Source: Kiritimatiellia bacterium
GTDB taxonomy: Bacteria; Verrucomicrobiota; Kiritimatiellia; CAIVKH01
Assembly: GCA_035327665.1 (NCBI GenBank)
Contig: DAOLCW010000002.1
Location: 3,237 to 67,236 of the forward strand
DNA: 64,000 bases
Direction of reading: 5' to 3'
The notes beneath the pieces are model-generated. The model was not told where the DNA came from. It did no database searches and saw only the letters and a list, made by a program, of their open reading frames with translations. The position numbers were made by a program, and so were the translations under genes. Shown piece by piece: positions 18,450 through 28,018 of the stretch; the first letter of the stretch is position 1; each line of letters starts with the position of its first letter.

Positions 18450-20248
18450 GAAGCTCCCTCCTCAAGCCGGGCTTCCAATCGCTGGGTCTCGTCGAGATCG
18501 GCGTAATAACCTCCCCGTGCGACAAGCTCTTCATGGGAACCTTCTTCGATCATGGCGCCTTCGTCGAGGACCAGAATGCGGTCGGCATGTCGGAGGGTGG
18601 AGACGCGATGGCTGATGAGGATGGACGTACGCGGACCGAGCACAGGAAGCAGTTGCTCAAGGATCCGGGCCTCGGTGTGCGTATCCACTGCGGAGAAGAC
18701 ATCGTCGAGGATGAGGATCCGGGGATCGAGGGCGAGGGCACGGCTGATTGCCGTGCGTTGGCGCTGACCGCCGGAGAGGGTCACCCCACGCTCGCCAAGC
18801 ATGGTCTGAAATTGGTTGGGAAAGCCCTCCACTTCGTCCCGTAAATGGGCGATGCATGCCGCCCACAGGACCTTTTCCTCGTGAGGCGAAGAACTTGCGG
18901 GGGGTGACGTTTCGGCGGCGGGCAGGCCAAGGGAGATGTTGTTGGCGAGGGTATCTGAGAACAAAAAGGTTTCCTGGGGAGCGACGCCCAGAGACGCCCG
19001 CAACACCTTGAGAGGGATGTGGCGAAGGTCGATTCCGCCGAGGGTAATCCGTCCCTCGGTGGGATCGATCAGGCGTTGAATCAAGGAAACGAGGAGGGTT
19101 TTCCCACCGCCGGTAGGGCCGGTGATGGCGAGGGTCTGGCCTTCGGGAATCACAAGGTTGATGTTGTGGAGGAGACGGGTGCCCCCCAGGGTAAGGGAGA
19201 CGTCCTCGAACCGGATGTCGCCTTGAATCGTGGTAAGATCATGCCGGGTGTGAGGGCCGTCGGCGATATCCGGAACCGCACCAAGGATGGTCTGGACCCG
19301 CTTCCAGCTCGCGAGGCCGCGTTGGATCAGGTTTGAAGTCCAGCCGAGGGCGAGCATCGGCCATTGCAGGTAAAGAAGATATTGGTTGAACTGGACAAAC
19401 TCGCCCAGGCTCATCTGGCCCTCAATGACCAGGCGGCCACCGACCAGCAGCAGGAGCAGGGTTCCCATGCCGAACATGAAGATCATAAACGGCCACACCG
19501 GCTCTTCCGCCCGGGTGAGGGACATATTGCGGCGGATGTATTCCTCGTTCTGCTCACGGAATCGGCCCCGCATGCGTTCCTCGATCCCGAAACCTTTGAT
19601 GGTACGGAAGCCGGCAAAGGATTCCTGGCAAAAGTTTGAGATGGTGGAAAATTGCTCCTGGCTGATGTCATAGCGGCGACGGATCACCCGGATGATGAAG
19701 AAGAACACGATGCTGATGACCGGTATGATGAGCATGATGGTCAGGGCAAGCTTAACGTTGAGGGCAAACATGATCCCGAAGGCAAAGGGAAAGCCGAGGG
19801 CAATACGGGACCCTTGGAGCAGGCCCTGACCGACCAGTTCGCGGATCGCTCCGAGGTCGGAGGACATTTTGGTCATAATGTCGCCGGTCCGCTCGCGCTG
19901 GAAAAAGGCAAAATCCAGGCGGGTCAGGGCATTGAAGACATCTTTTCGAATGTCGTATTCCACATGCTGGGCAACCCCGAGAAGGATCTTTCGCATGAGT
20001 ACGGAAAAGAACACGGCCGCTGCAGAGGCAGCAAAAAACATGGCCACAAGCTGGTGGAGTTTGCGGGCGGTAAACTCGCCGGATTCAATGCCGTCGATGA
20101 TATTCCGGAGAATGAATGGAACGATCAGGCCAAGCGCGATGGCGCCAACTACACTCAGAAATCCGAGGGTAGCCCGGGTTCGATAGGGCGCAACATAATC
20201 CTTTAAAGGTTTGGCGGGGGGTGGCATGGACGGCATACCTTGCACCAT
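18446..20248 (-). CDS. ABC exporter ATP-binding/permease subunit, partner of the preceding gene; Walker-B Glu replaced by Asp
   Basis: Walker A GPTGGGKTL, signature LSGGQRQR, Walker B ILILDDVFSAVD, H-loop LISHRVST; ATGA overlap with downstream partner. Confidence 0.85.
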   Translation of the reverse strand: MVQGMPSMPPPAKPLKDYVAPYRTRATLGFLSVVGAIALGLIVPFILRNIIDGIESGEFTARKLHQLVAMFFAASAAAVFFSVLMRKILLGVAQHVEYDIRKDVFNALTRLDFAFFQRERTGDIMTKMSSDLGAIRELVGQGLLQGSRIALGFPFAFGIMFALNVKLALTIMLIIPVISIVFFFIIRVIRRRYDISQEQFSTISNFCQESFAGFRTIKGFGIEERMRGRFREQNEEYIRRNMSLTRAEEPVWPFMIFMFGMGTLLLLLVGGRLVIEGQMSLGEFVQFNQYLLYLQWPMLALGWTSNLIQRGLASWKRVQTILGAVPDIADGPHTRHDLTTIQGDIRFEDVSLTLGGTRLLHNINLVIPEGQTLAITGPTGGGKTLLVSLIQRLIDPTEGRITLGGIDLRHIPLKVLRASLGVAPQETFLFSDTLANNISLGLPAAETSPPASSSPHEEKVLWAACIAHLRDEVEGFPNQFQTMLGERGVTLSGGQRQRTAISRALALDPRILILDDVFSAVDTHTEARILEQLLPVLGPRTSILISHRVSTLRHADRILVLDEGAMIEEGSHEELVARGGYYADLDETQRLEARLEEGAS

Positions 20249-20340
20249 ACGGGAGGAATCCGCAACCCGGGCGATGAACCTTCAACCAGAGCTTGCGGCC
20301 TCGAATTGCCAAGTTGCGGGGGGTGGCGTAGGTTTTAGTT

Positions 20341-21156
20341 ATGAGTCTTCGTGTAGTTTTGGTCATTCTGTTTATCGTATCCAGCGCCCGGTCCCGGGTG
20401 ATGGGGGAGGAGGCGTCGTCCCTTTGGTTTCCAGTAGGGGAAGTACTGGAATATACGGTGAGGTGGGGAGTCTTTTCGGTCGGGCAGGGGGTGGTAACAT
20501 CTGAATGGACGGAGGATGAGCAAGGTCGCCGACTGATCCGGATTCAATTCGACACGCGAAGCAACCGGGTTATTGCCATGTTGTATCCGGTGAAGGATTT
20601 GCAATGGGTGTTGATCGATCCCGGGACGTTTTTACCCGTCGAGGTTTACAAGGATTCCCGCCAGGGACGGTTCAAAGCTCATGAGCGGATTACCTTCGAC
20701 CATGCCCGGGGGCTTGCCCGCCATGAGTCCTTTATTGAAAAAAACGTGCGCGAAGTCCCGATCGATCCCGAGACGCGGGATCTCGTTACCTACATGTACT
20801 GGACGCGCTCGCAACCCCTTGCCCCCGGGGACCATCTAAGCTCCAGGGTCTATGCGGACGACGGGGTCCACGATTTGTCGATTGCGGTGACTGCTCGCGA
20901 AGACATCGAGTTGGATGGCCTGGGCAAAGTCGTGCCGAGCTTGAAATTTGAGCCGGAAGCGGACTTCGAGGGGCTGTTTGTGCGGCGGGACAAGATGCTG
21001 ATCTGGGTGTCTGACGATGAGCGGCGGGTCTGCACGCGCATCGCGACCAAGGTCCCGGTCGGAAGCGTGGTGATTGAATTGGTTGCGGTGTCCGGACCCG
21101 GTGACGACGGCTGGGTGCAGGAATCCGTTCGTTTGGAAGATGCGGTTCCACGTTGA
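20341..21156 (+). CDS. secreted DUF3108-like protein (tentative)
   Basis: signal peptide MSLRVVLVILFIVSSA; GEVLEYTVRWGVFSVGQG pattern recalled for DUF3108; first gene of 3-gene operon. Confidence 0.4.
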   Translation: MSLRVVLVILFIVSSARSRVMGEEASSLWFPVGEVLEYTVRWGVFSVGQGVVTSEWTEDEQGRRLIRIQFDTRSNRVIAMLYPVKDLQWVLIDPGTFLPVEVYKDSRQGRFKAHERITFDHARGLARHESFIEKNVREVPIDPETRDLVTYMYWTRSQPLAPGDHLSSRVYADDGVHDLSIAVTAREDIELDGLGKVVPSLKFEPEADFEGLFVRRDKMLIWVSDDERRVCTRIATKVPVGSVVIELVAVSGPGDDGWVQESVRLEDAVPR

Positions 21157-22367
21157 GGAATTACCGCTGGATACCAACCCGGGAGGCAGGACTCAGGGCG
21201 CTTTCCGAATTCCTGCCTCGAGCCGGGCGCGACTACGCGAGGGATCGAAATACCGACTACGGTCCATCCGACCGCAGGAACGTGTCCTGCCTTTCACCAT
21301 GGATACGATGCCGGGCGATCACGGAAGAAGAGGTGATTCGGGCAACGCTGGCCCGGCATGACTTCGCCGCCGCTGAAGCTTTTGCGCAGGAGGTCTGCTG
21401 GAGAACCTACTGGAAGGGCTGGCTGGAAATGCGTCCGGCGGTTTGGACACGATATGAATCCGCCGTGAGGGAAAGCGCGGGGCGACGGGAGTCGTGTCCA
21501 CGGTATCGTGAGGCCGTCGAAGGGCGCACCGGCATCCCCTGCTTTGATGCGTTCGTCATCGAGCTCAGGGAAACCGGCTACCTTCATAATCATGCCCGGA
21601 TGTGGTTTGCCAGTATCTGGATCTTTACCCTCGACCTGCGGTGGGAATGGGGGGCCGATTTTTTTCTCCGCCATCTTCTCGACGGCGATCCGGCCTCCAA
21701 CACCCTGAGCTGGCGATGGGTTGGAGGATTGCAAACGTCCGGAAAATTTTATGCGGCCACTCCAGACAACATCCGCCGGTTCACGTCCGGGCGGTTCCCC
21801 CATCCGGGGGAGTTGAAGATCCCCTCCGGCCCATTGGTTGAGATCGATTCTCTGCCCACCCCCCGCAACTTGCCGGCCCGCGGTCTAGAACCGCCACGGG
21901 AACCGGTCGGGGCGTTGCTTACCGAGGACGACGTCTCGGGGTGGCGGTGGATTGCCGGGTTGTATCCCGTCTGTGCTCTCGCCGGGTTGGTCCCTCGCGA
22001 GGCGTATCAGCGCCGCAAGGTGGAGGCGAAGGTCCTATCGTTCCGGGAAGCGTTGATGGGCGATGCTCTGAATTCGGGAATGGCTGAAGGACTTGCCTCC
22101 CATTTCCTTGACGTAGGGGATCCCGATGCCGCGGTGGAATGGGCCATGGGCGCGAAACTTAAAACGGTGGTGATGATTGAACCTGCGGTCGGTTACTGGG
22201 ACCGGATCAAGCCTGATCTGCAAAACGGCCTTGCCGCCGCCGGGATCGAACTCGTTTGGCTAAGGCGGCCATGGGATGATCAGTTGCATCCCCATGCGAC
22301 CGCCGGATTTTTCCGGTTCAAGAAGCGCCTGCCCGGACTTGCCGAAACGATCATGGGAAGGCCATAA
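21153..22367 (+). CDS. cryptochrome/photolyase FAD-binding-domain protein lacking the canonical N-terminal alpha/beta domain, with ~170-aa C-terminal extension
   Basis: LSPWIRCRAI (cf. LSPYLHFG), LHNHARMWFASIWIFTLDLRWEWGADFFLRHLLDGDPASNTLSWRWVGG (cf. MHNRxRMxxASFLxKxLxIDWRxGxxxFxxxLxDxDxAxNxxxWQWxAG). Confidence 0.6.
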   Translation: MRNYRWIPTREAGLRALSEFLPRAGRDYARDRNTDYGPSDRRNVSCLSPWIRCRAITEEEVIRATLARHDFAAAEAFAQEVCWRTYWKGWLEMRPAVWTRYESAVRESAGRRESCPRYREAVEGRTGIPCFDAFVIELRETGYLHNHARMWFASIWIFTLDLRWEWGADFFLRHLLDGDPASNTLSWRWVGGLQTSGKFYAATPDNIRRFTSGRFPHPGELKIPSGPLVEIDSLPTPRNLPARGLEPPREPVGALLTEDDVSGWRWIAGLYPVCALAGLVPREAYQRRKVEAKVLSFREALMGDALNSGMAEGLASHFLDVGDPDAAVEWAMGAKLKTVVMIEPAVGYWDRIKPDLQNGLAAAGIELVWLRRPWDDQLHPHATAGFFRFKKRLPGLAETIMGRP

Positions 22368-22375
22368 TCGACCTT

Positions 22376-23494
22376 ATGAGCGCGCGATTCCGTTTCCGAT
22401 GGCTCTTGATCGCCGGGGGATTCCCCCTGTTTCTTCAGGGTCAGATTGTTCCCGGACCCTGCAAGGAATGGCAGATGCCGTCGGGGGCGAGGATCCTAAC
22501 CTGCGTTCCCGCATCGGGCTGGAATGGGGATCTGATCGTTTTTGCCCGAGGGTATACGGCCTTCACGGAGCCTCTGGATTTTCAAAATCTTGAGATCGGC
22601 GGCATCTATCTGCCGGAAGTGGCCCAACGGCTCGGATTCGCGTTCGCCACCTCGACGTACCGGACAAATGGTCTCGCCGTCCTTTCCGGATTGGAAGACT
22701 TGCGCCAGGCAACCTTGGCGTTTCCGTGGGTTACCGGAAAGAAACCGCGACGAACCTTTATCGTTGGCGTTTCAGAGGGAGGGCTGATTGCTGTGCTCGC
22801 CTTGGAACGGTATCCCGAACTGTTCGCGGGTGGGTATTCGCTGTGTGGTCCGATCGGAAACTTTCAACGGCAGGCCCAGTCCTTCGCCAACTTCCGTGTG
22901 TTGTTCGATGTGTACTTCCCTGACTTACTACCCGGAGGGGCCACTGATGTTCCGAATGAACTTATTGCATCCTGGTCGAGCCTTTACCGTCCCTTGATTG
23001 AGTCCGCAGTGCTCAACAACCTCAACCAAGCGGAGGAACTCCTGCAGGTCAGTGGTGTTGCCTATGTGCCCGGGGATCCGGCCACCCTGGTAGGTTCGGT
23101 GACCGGGATGTTGTGGTACCACACGTTTGGGACTGCAAATGCCCAACAGGTGTTGCGCGGCAATCCTTTCGGAAATGAAACCCGCATCTATCGAGGTTCC
23201 TCGGATGATGCAGCATTGAATGCTGCGGTGGAGCGCGTTCGTGCTGATCCCATCACCGCTAGTAGCCTGCGACCCTATGAAACGACTGGCAAGCTCCGTC
23301 GGCCCTTGGTCGCTTTGCATACTACCGGAGATGAAATTGTGCCGTTCTGGCATCAGCGAGCCTATTTCGCGAAGACCCGGAGGGAGGGAAGCGAGATCTG
23401 GAGTTTTCCAATTGATCGTTACGGTCACTGCCAGTTCGAGTTCGGCGAGTTGATCGGCGGATTGTTCTGGATGCTTGTCCTTGCCGGTCGATAG
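22376..23494 (+). CDS. secreted alpha/beta-hydrolase-fold protein
   Basis: signal peptide; nucleophile elbow GVSEGG (GxSxG); 372 aa. Confidence 0.5.
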   Translation: MSARFRFRWLLIAGGFPLFLQGQIVPGPCKEWQMPSGARILTCVPASGWNGDLIVFARGYTAFTEPLDFQNLEIGGIYLPEVAQRLGFAFATSTYRTNGLAVLSGLEDLRQATLAFPWVTGKKPRRTFIVGVSEGGLIAVLALERYPELFAGGYSLCGPIGNFQRQAQSFANFRVLFDVYFPDLLPGGATDVPNELIASWSSLYRPLIESAVLNNLNQAEELLQVSGVAYVPGDPATLVGSVTGMLWYHTFGTANAQQVLRGNPFGNETRIYRGSSDDAALNAAVERVRADPITASSLRPYETTGKLRRPLVALHTTGDEIVPFWHQRAYFAKTRREGSEIWSFPIDRYGHCQFEFGELIGGLFWMLVLAGR

Positions 23495-23500
23495 CCGGAA

Positions 23501-24199
23501 TCAGCCACCCCGATGTCCACGCACCAACGCATAGAACCGGTCCTCATACTCCTTGAAGAGTTGAGTGCGCTGAAGAAGCGTGGCAAGCGGACTGACCTGA
23601 TTGGAATCCTTTGCGGCACGATGGAAGGCGGTTTCGATTTCCTGACGATGGCCTAGGGGATCACGCTTGAGCGCATCCGCGTGGGAGAGGGCGGACTGCT
23701 GAACGACCTCGGAAAGCAGACGGAGCAGGCAGACTTGCCAGGGTTCGTCCACTCCGCGAATCAAGGCGGTCATGGGGGCATCCTTCGCCTTCAATTCCCC
23801 GGCAATGCGCTCGACCACGGTGTCGAGCGCGTCAGTCACCAGATGCTCATTGACCGTCTCCATCCGGATACGAAACCCGTATTTTAGGAGAACCAAGTCC
23901 TCTTGATGTTGACGGAGCCACTGCAAATACCTTTCCGCTTCCGCCTCTTGAAATCCTTCAAGTATCGCTCCGGCAAGATCTTCGGGTGTCAGGATTGCGG
24001 GTCGGAACGCAGTAATCTTGCCTTCGCGGATGCGGATGCGCTGAACATCATCCATCAGCTCGGACACCAGTGTGTACTCGATGGTGGTTGAGCCGAAGGT
24101 TTCCAGGATCTTCCGGGGTTTGACCACCACTTCGGAATGGTTGATCGCGTACCAAAAATCGAATGACGGGTCGGATGACATGGGGCGAGAACCTATCAC
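23501..24199 (-). CDS. hypothetical protein
   Basis: 232-aa ORF, genome-typical codon usage, no recognisable motif. Confidence 0.4.
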   Translation of the reverse strand: MIGSRPMSSDPSFDFWYAINHSEVVVKPRKILETFGSTTIEYTLVSELMDDVQRIRIREGKITAFRPAILTPEDLAGAILEGFQEAEAERYLQWLRQHQEDLVLLKYGFRIRMETVNEHLVTDALDTVVERIAGELKAKDAPMTALIRGVDEPWQVCLLRLLSEVVQQSALSHADALKRDPLGHRQEIETAFHRAAKDSNQVSPLATLLQRTQLFKEYEDRFYALVRGHRGG

Positions 24200-24362
24200 A
24201 GGTCGTGGGCATGTAAAGCCATTGGTGAAGGGAAGATGAGGGATTCCCGTAGCCCGGGATCAGGGGTAGTTCAGGGTGGGGTTGGTGGTTGACGTTAAAG
24301 GGGTCATCCGCTACATGTATGCGCTTAACTTTTTCGGGACAACCCTGCTTCCCCGGATTTAA

Positions 24363-25394
<1,032 letters not shown>

Positions 25395-25445
25395 TCCCCG
25401 GACGGGACAGGCATCCAAAAGATAATCACACAGCGCGGAGAGCGG

Positions 25446-25470
25446 GATCAACCCGCTCTCCGTTGAGTGG
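25446..25470 (+). other. perfect 10-bp GC-rich stem-loop (GGAGAGCGGG-ATCAA-CCCGCTCTCC) between gap and pgk, no U-tract
   Basis: seen directly; located 7 nt upstream of pgk ATG region. Confidence 0.4.
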
Positions 25471-25477
25471 AGGGTGT

Positions 25478-26734
25478 ATGAATAAACTTACGGTTCGCGA
25501 TGTGGATTTGAAGGGCAAGCGCGTGCTCATGCGCGTCGATTTCAACGTGCCGATTGAAAACGGCAAGGTGATGGACGATACGCGTATCACCTCCGCTCTT
25601 CCGACAATCAAGTACGTGCTGGATCATGGAGCCTCGGTGGTGCTGATGAGCCATCTCGGGCGGCCCAAAGGCAAGCCGGATCCCAAGTACAGCCTCAAGC
25701 CGGTCGCGGATCGTTTGTCGGAATTGATGCATCGTCCGGTGATGTTCGCTCCGGATTGCGTGGGTGAAGAGGTCCGCAAGATGGCGGAAAACCTTCGCCA
25801 GGAGCAGCACATTCTCCTCCTTGAAAGCCTCCGGTTCCACGCCGAGGAAGAGGGCAAACCCAAACTTGCCGATGACGCCACCGACGACCAGAAGAAGGCG
25901 GCCAAGCTTGAAATGAAGTCCAAGCAAGCGTTGTTCGCCCGCGAACTGGCTGAACTTGGCGACCTCTACGTCAACGACGCCTTCGGCACCGCCCACCGGG
26001 CCCATGCCTCGACCGCGATCGTGAACCAGTACTTTTCCACCAACGCGGCCGGCTTCCTGATGGAAAAAGAGCTGAAGTACATGGGCGAGGCGTTGGCCAA
26101 TCCCGCCCGCCCGTTCGTGGCGATCCTTGGCGGGGCCAAGGTCAGCGACAAAGTCAATGTGATCTCCAACCTCCTGAGTAAAGTTGATGCCCTGTTGATC
26201 GGCGGAGCCATGGCCTACACCTTTTACCGGGCGATGGGAATCTCCACCGGCAATTCGCTGGTCGAGGCGGACAAGGCCGATCTCGCCGCCGACCTGCTCA
26301 AGCAGGCCGAAGCGAAGAATGTTAAGTTGATGCTTCCCGTCGACCAGGTAATCGCCGACCGTTTTGCCGCCGACGCGAACACGGAAATCGTTCCCCGCAC
26401 CGGAATCAAGGACGGATGGGAATCCCTCGACATCGGTCCGGAAACCGCTCGCCTGTACGGAGAGATCATCCGGGGAGCCAAGACCGTGATCTGGAACGGT
26501 CCCATGGGCGTGTTTGAAATGGAAGCCTTTGCTAAAGGCACCCTCGCGGTCGCGCAAGCGGTCGCCGAGGCCGATTGCCTTAGCATCATCGGTGGAGGAG
26601 ACAGTGTCAGCGCGGTCAACAAGAGCGGACTCGCCGAGAAAATGACCCATATCAGCACCGGAGGCGGAGCCAGCCTGGAGTTTCTCGAAGGCAAGGAACT
26701 GCCCGGCGTCGCCGCCCTCACCGACAAGGCGTAA
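25478..26734 (+). CDS. pgk: phosphoglycerate kinase (ORF track start 25313 rejected; ATG 25478 MNKLTVRDVDLKGKRVLMRVDFNVP)
   Basis: RVDFNVP, LMSHLGRP, GGGASLE motifs. Confidence 0.9.
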   Translation: MNKLTVRDVDLKGKRVLMRVDFNVPIENGKVMDDTRITSALPTIKYVLDHGASVVLMSHLGRPKGKPDPKYSLKPVADRLSELMHRPVMFAPDCVGEEVRKMAENLRQEQHILLLESLRFHAEEEGKPKLADDATDDQKKAAKLEMKSKQALFARELAELGDLYVNDAFGTAHRAHASTAIVNQYFSTNAAGFLMEKELKYMGEALANPARPFVAILGGAKVSDKVNVISNLLSKVDALLIGGAMAYTFYRAMGISTGNSLVEADKADLAADLLKQAEAKNVKLMLPVDQVIADRFAADANTEIVPRTGIKDGWESLDIGPETARLYGEIIRGAKTVIWNGPMGVFEMEAFAKGTLAVAQAVAEADCLSIIGGGDSVSAVNKSGLAEKMTHISTGGGASLEFLEGKELPGVAALTDKA

Positions 26735-26763
26735 GCCCCGGATTCACCAGCAAGGAAATCATC

Positions 26764-27534
26764 ATGAGCTTGAAGAAAAACCGAAAAACAATCGTGGCTG
26801 GCAACTGGAAGATGAACAAGACCGTTGCCGATGCGATCGATCTGGCTGGAGCCATCAAACGCGAACTGGGCGGCTGCAAGGAAGTGGATGTGGTGCTGTG
26901 TCCTCCGTTCACCGCATTGAAGGCGGTCAGCGATGTGATCACCGGAACCCACATCGACCTTGGAGCCCAAAACATGCACGAGGAAAAAGCGGGCGCCTAT
27001 ACCGGCGAAGTTTCGGCGGAGATGCTCCGGGAGGTTTACTGTCACTACGTCATTCTCGGTCACAGCGAGCGCCGGTCCTATTTTCATGAAACCGATGCCC
27101 TGGTAAACCGGAAGGCGAAGGCGGCTCTCGAAGCAAATCTGACCCCGATTGTATGCGTGGGCGAAACCCTCGAAGAACGGGAAGCCGGAAAGACCAATGA
27201 CGTGGTCGAGACCCAGATCCGGGGCAGCCTTAACGGCTTAAACCCCCGCGAACTCGTGGAGGTGGTAATCGCCTACGAGCCGGTTTGGGCGATCGGCACC
27301 GGAAAGACTGCAACCAGCCAACAGGCCCAGGATGTGCATGCCTTTATCCGAGGTGTGCTTCGTGATATGGCCGACGACACGGTTGCTCAATCGGTCCGTA
27401 TTCAATACGGCGGGAGTGTGAAGGCTTCAAATGCCGCCGAATTGTTCGCGATGCCGGACATTGATGGCGGGTTGATCGGCGGGGCGAGTCTTGAAGCCCG
27501 TTCTTTTGTGGAAATCGTCAAGGCGGGAATGTAA
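26764..27534 (+). CDS. tpiA: triosephosphate isomerase
   Basis: AGNWKMN, GHSERR, AYEPVWAIGTG, GGSV motifs. Confidence 0.9.
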   Translation: MSLKKNRKTIVAGNWKMNKTVADAIDLAGAIKRELGGCKEVDVVLCPPFTALKAVSDVITGTHIDLGAQNMHEEKAGAYTGEVSAEMLREVYCHYVILGHSERRSYFHETDALVNRKAKAALEANLTPIVCVGETLEEREAGKTNDVVETQIRGSLNGLNPRELVEVVIAYEPVWAIGTGKTATSQQAQDVHAFIRGVLRDMADDTVAQSVRIQYGGSVKASNAAELFAMPDIDGGLIGGASLEARSFVEIVKAGM

Positions 27535-27577
27535 ACTGGGTTGGTGAAGTTGCGGGGGGTGACCCCGGATGAGGTGA

Positions 27578-28018
27578 ATGATGGGTTTTATTACAACATT
27601 GCTTATTTTGGTGGAAATCTTGACCGCATTGCTCTTGATTGCCGTGATTCTCATGCAGCAATCGAAAGGGCAGGGCGGACTGGGCACTGCGTTTGGAGGC
27701 GGCGGCATGGGGGAGTCGATGTTCGGATCCCGGGCCGGCAACGTCCTGACCAAGACCACGGTGGTCCTCGCCGCAGTCTTCCTGCTCAACACCATGTTCC
27801 TCGCAGTATCCTTTGCCCGCAAGCATGATGACTCGATCATCGATGAGCGCAGCATGAGCATGCCGGCACCTCCGATGGGTGCTCCCCCGGCCAGGATGAT
27901 GACGGAAGCGCCCGCCGCTCCCGCCCCGGTCGCTGCGGATCCCGGCATGATCGCTGTCGAGGATGTCGCCCCGTTTGAAATGGGCGACTCCGAGCCGGTC
28001 ATGTTGATTGAGGAATAA
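27578..28018 (+). CDS. secG: preprotein translocase subunit SecG (with extended acidic/Pro-rich C-terminus)
   Basis: LMQQSKGQGGLGTAFGGGG...GSRAGNVLTKTT two-TM SecG signature. Confidence 0.8.
   Translation: MMGFITTLLILVEILTALLLIAVILMQQSKGQGGLGTAFGGGGMGESMFGSRAGNVLTKTTVVLAAVFLLNTMFLAVSFARKHDDSIIDERSMSMPAPPMGAPPARMMTEAPAAPAPVAADPGMIAVEDVAPFEMGDSEPVMLIEE

Noticed and set aside
17512-18534. 340-aa minus-strand ORF inside the ABC exporter genes, in a different frame
   Set aside because: The out-of-frame overlap with two well-supported ABC subunit genes and the Arg/Pro/His-rich composition point to a GC-rich alternative-frame artefact.
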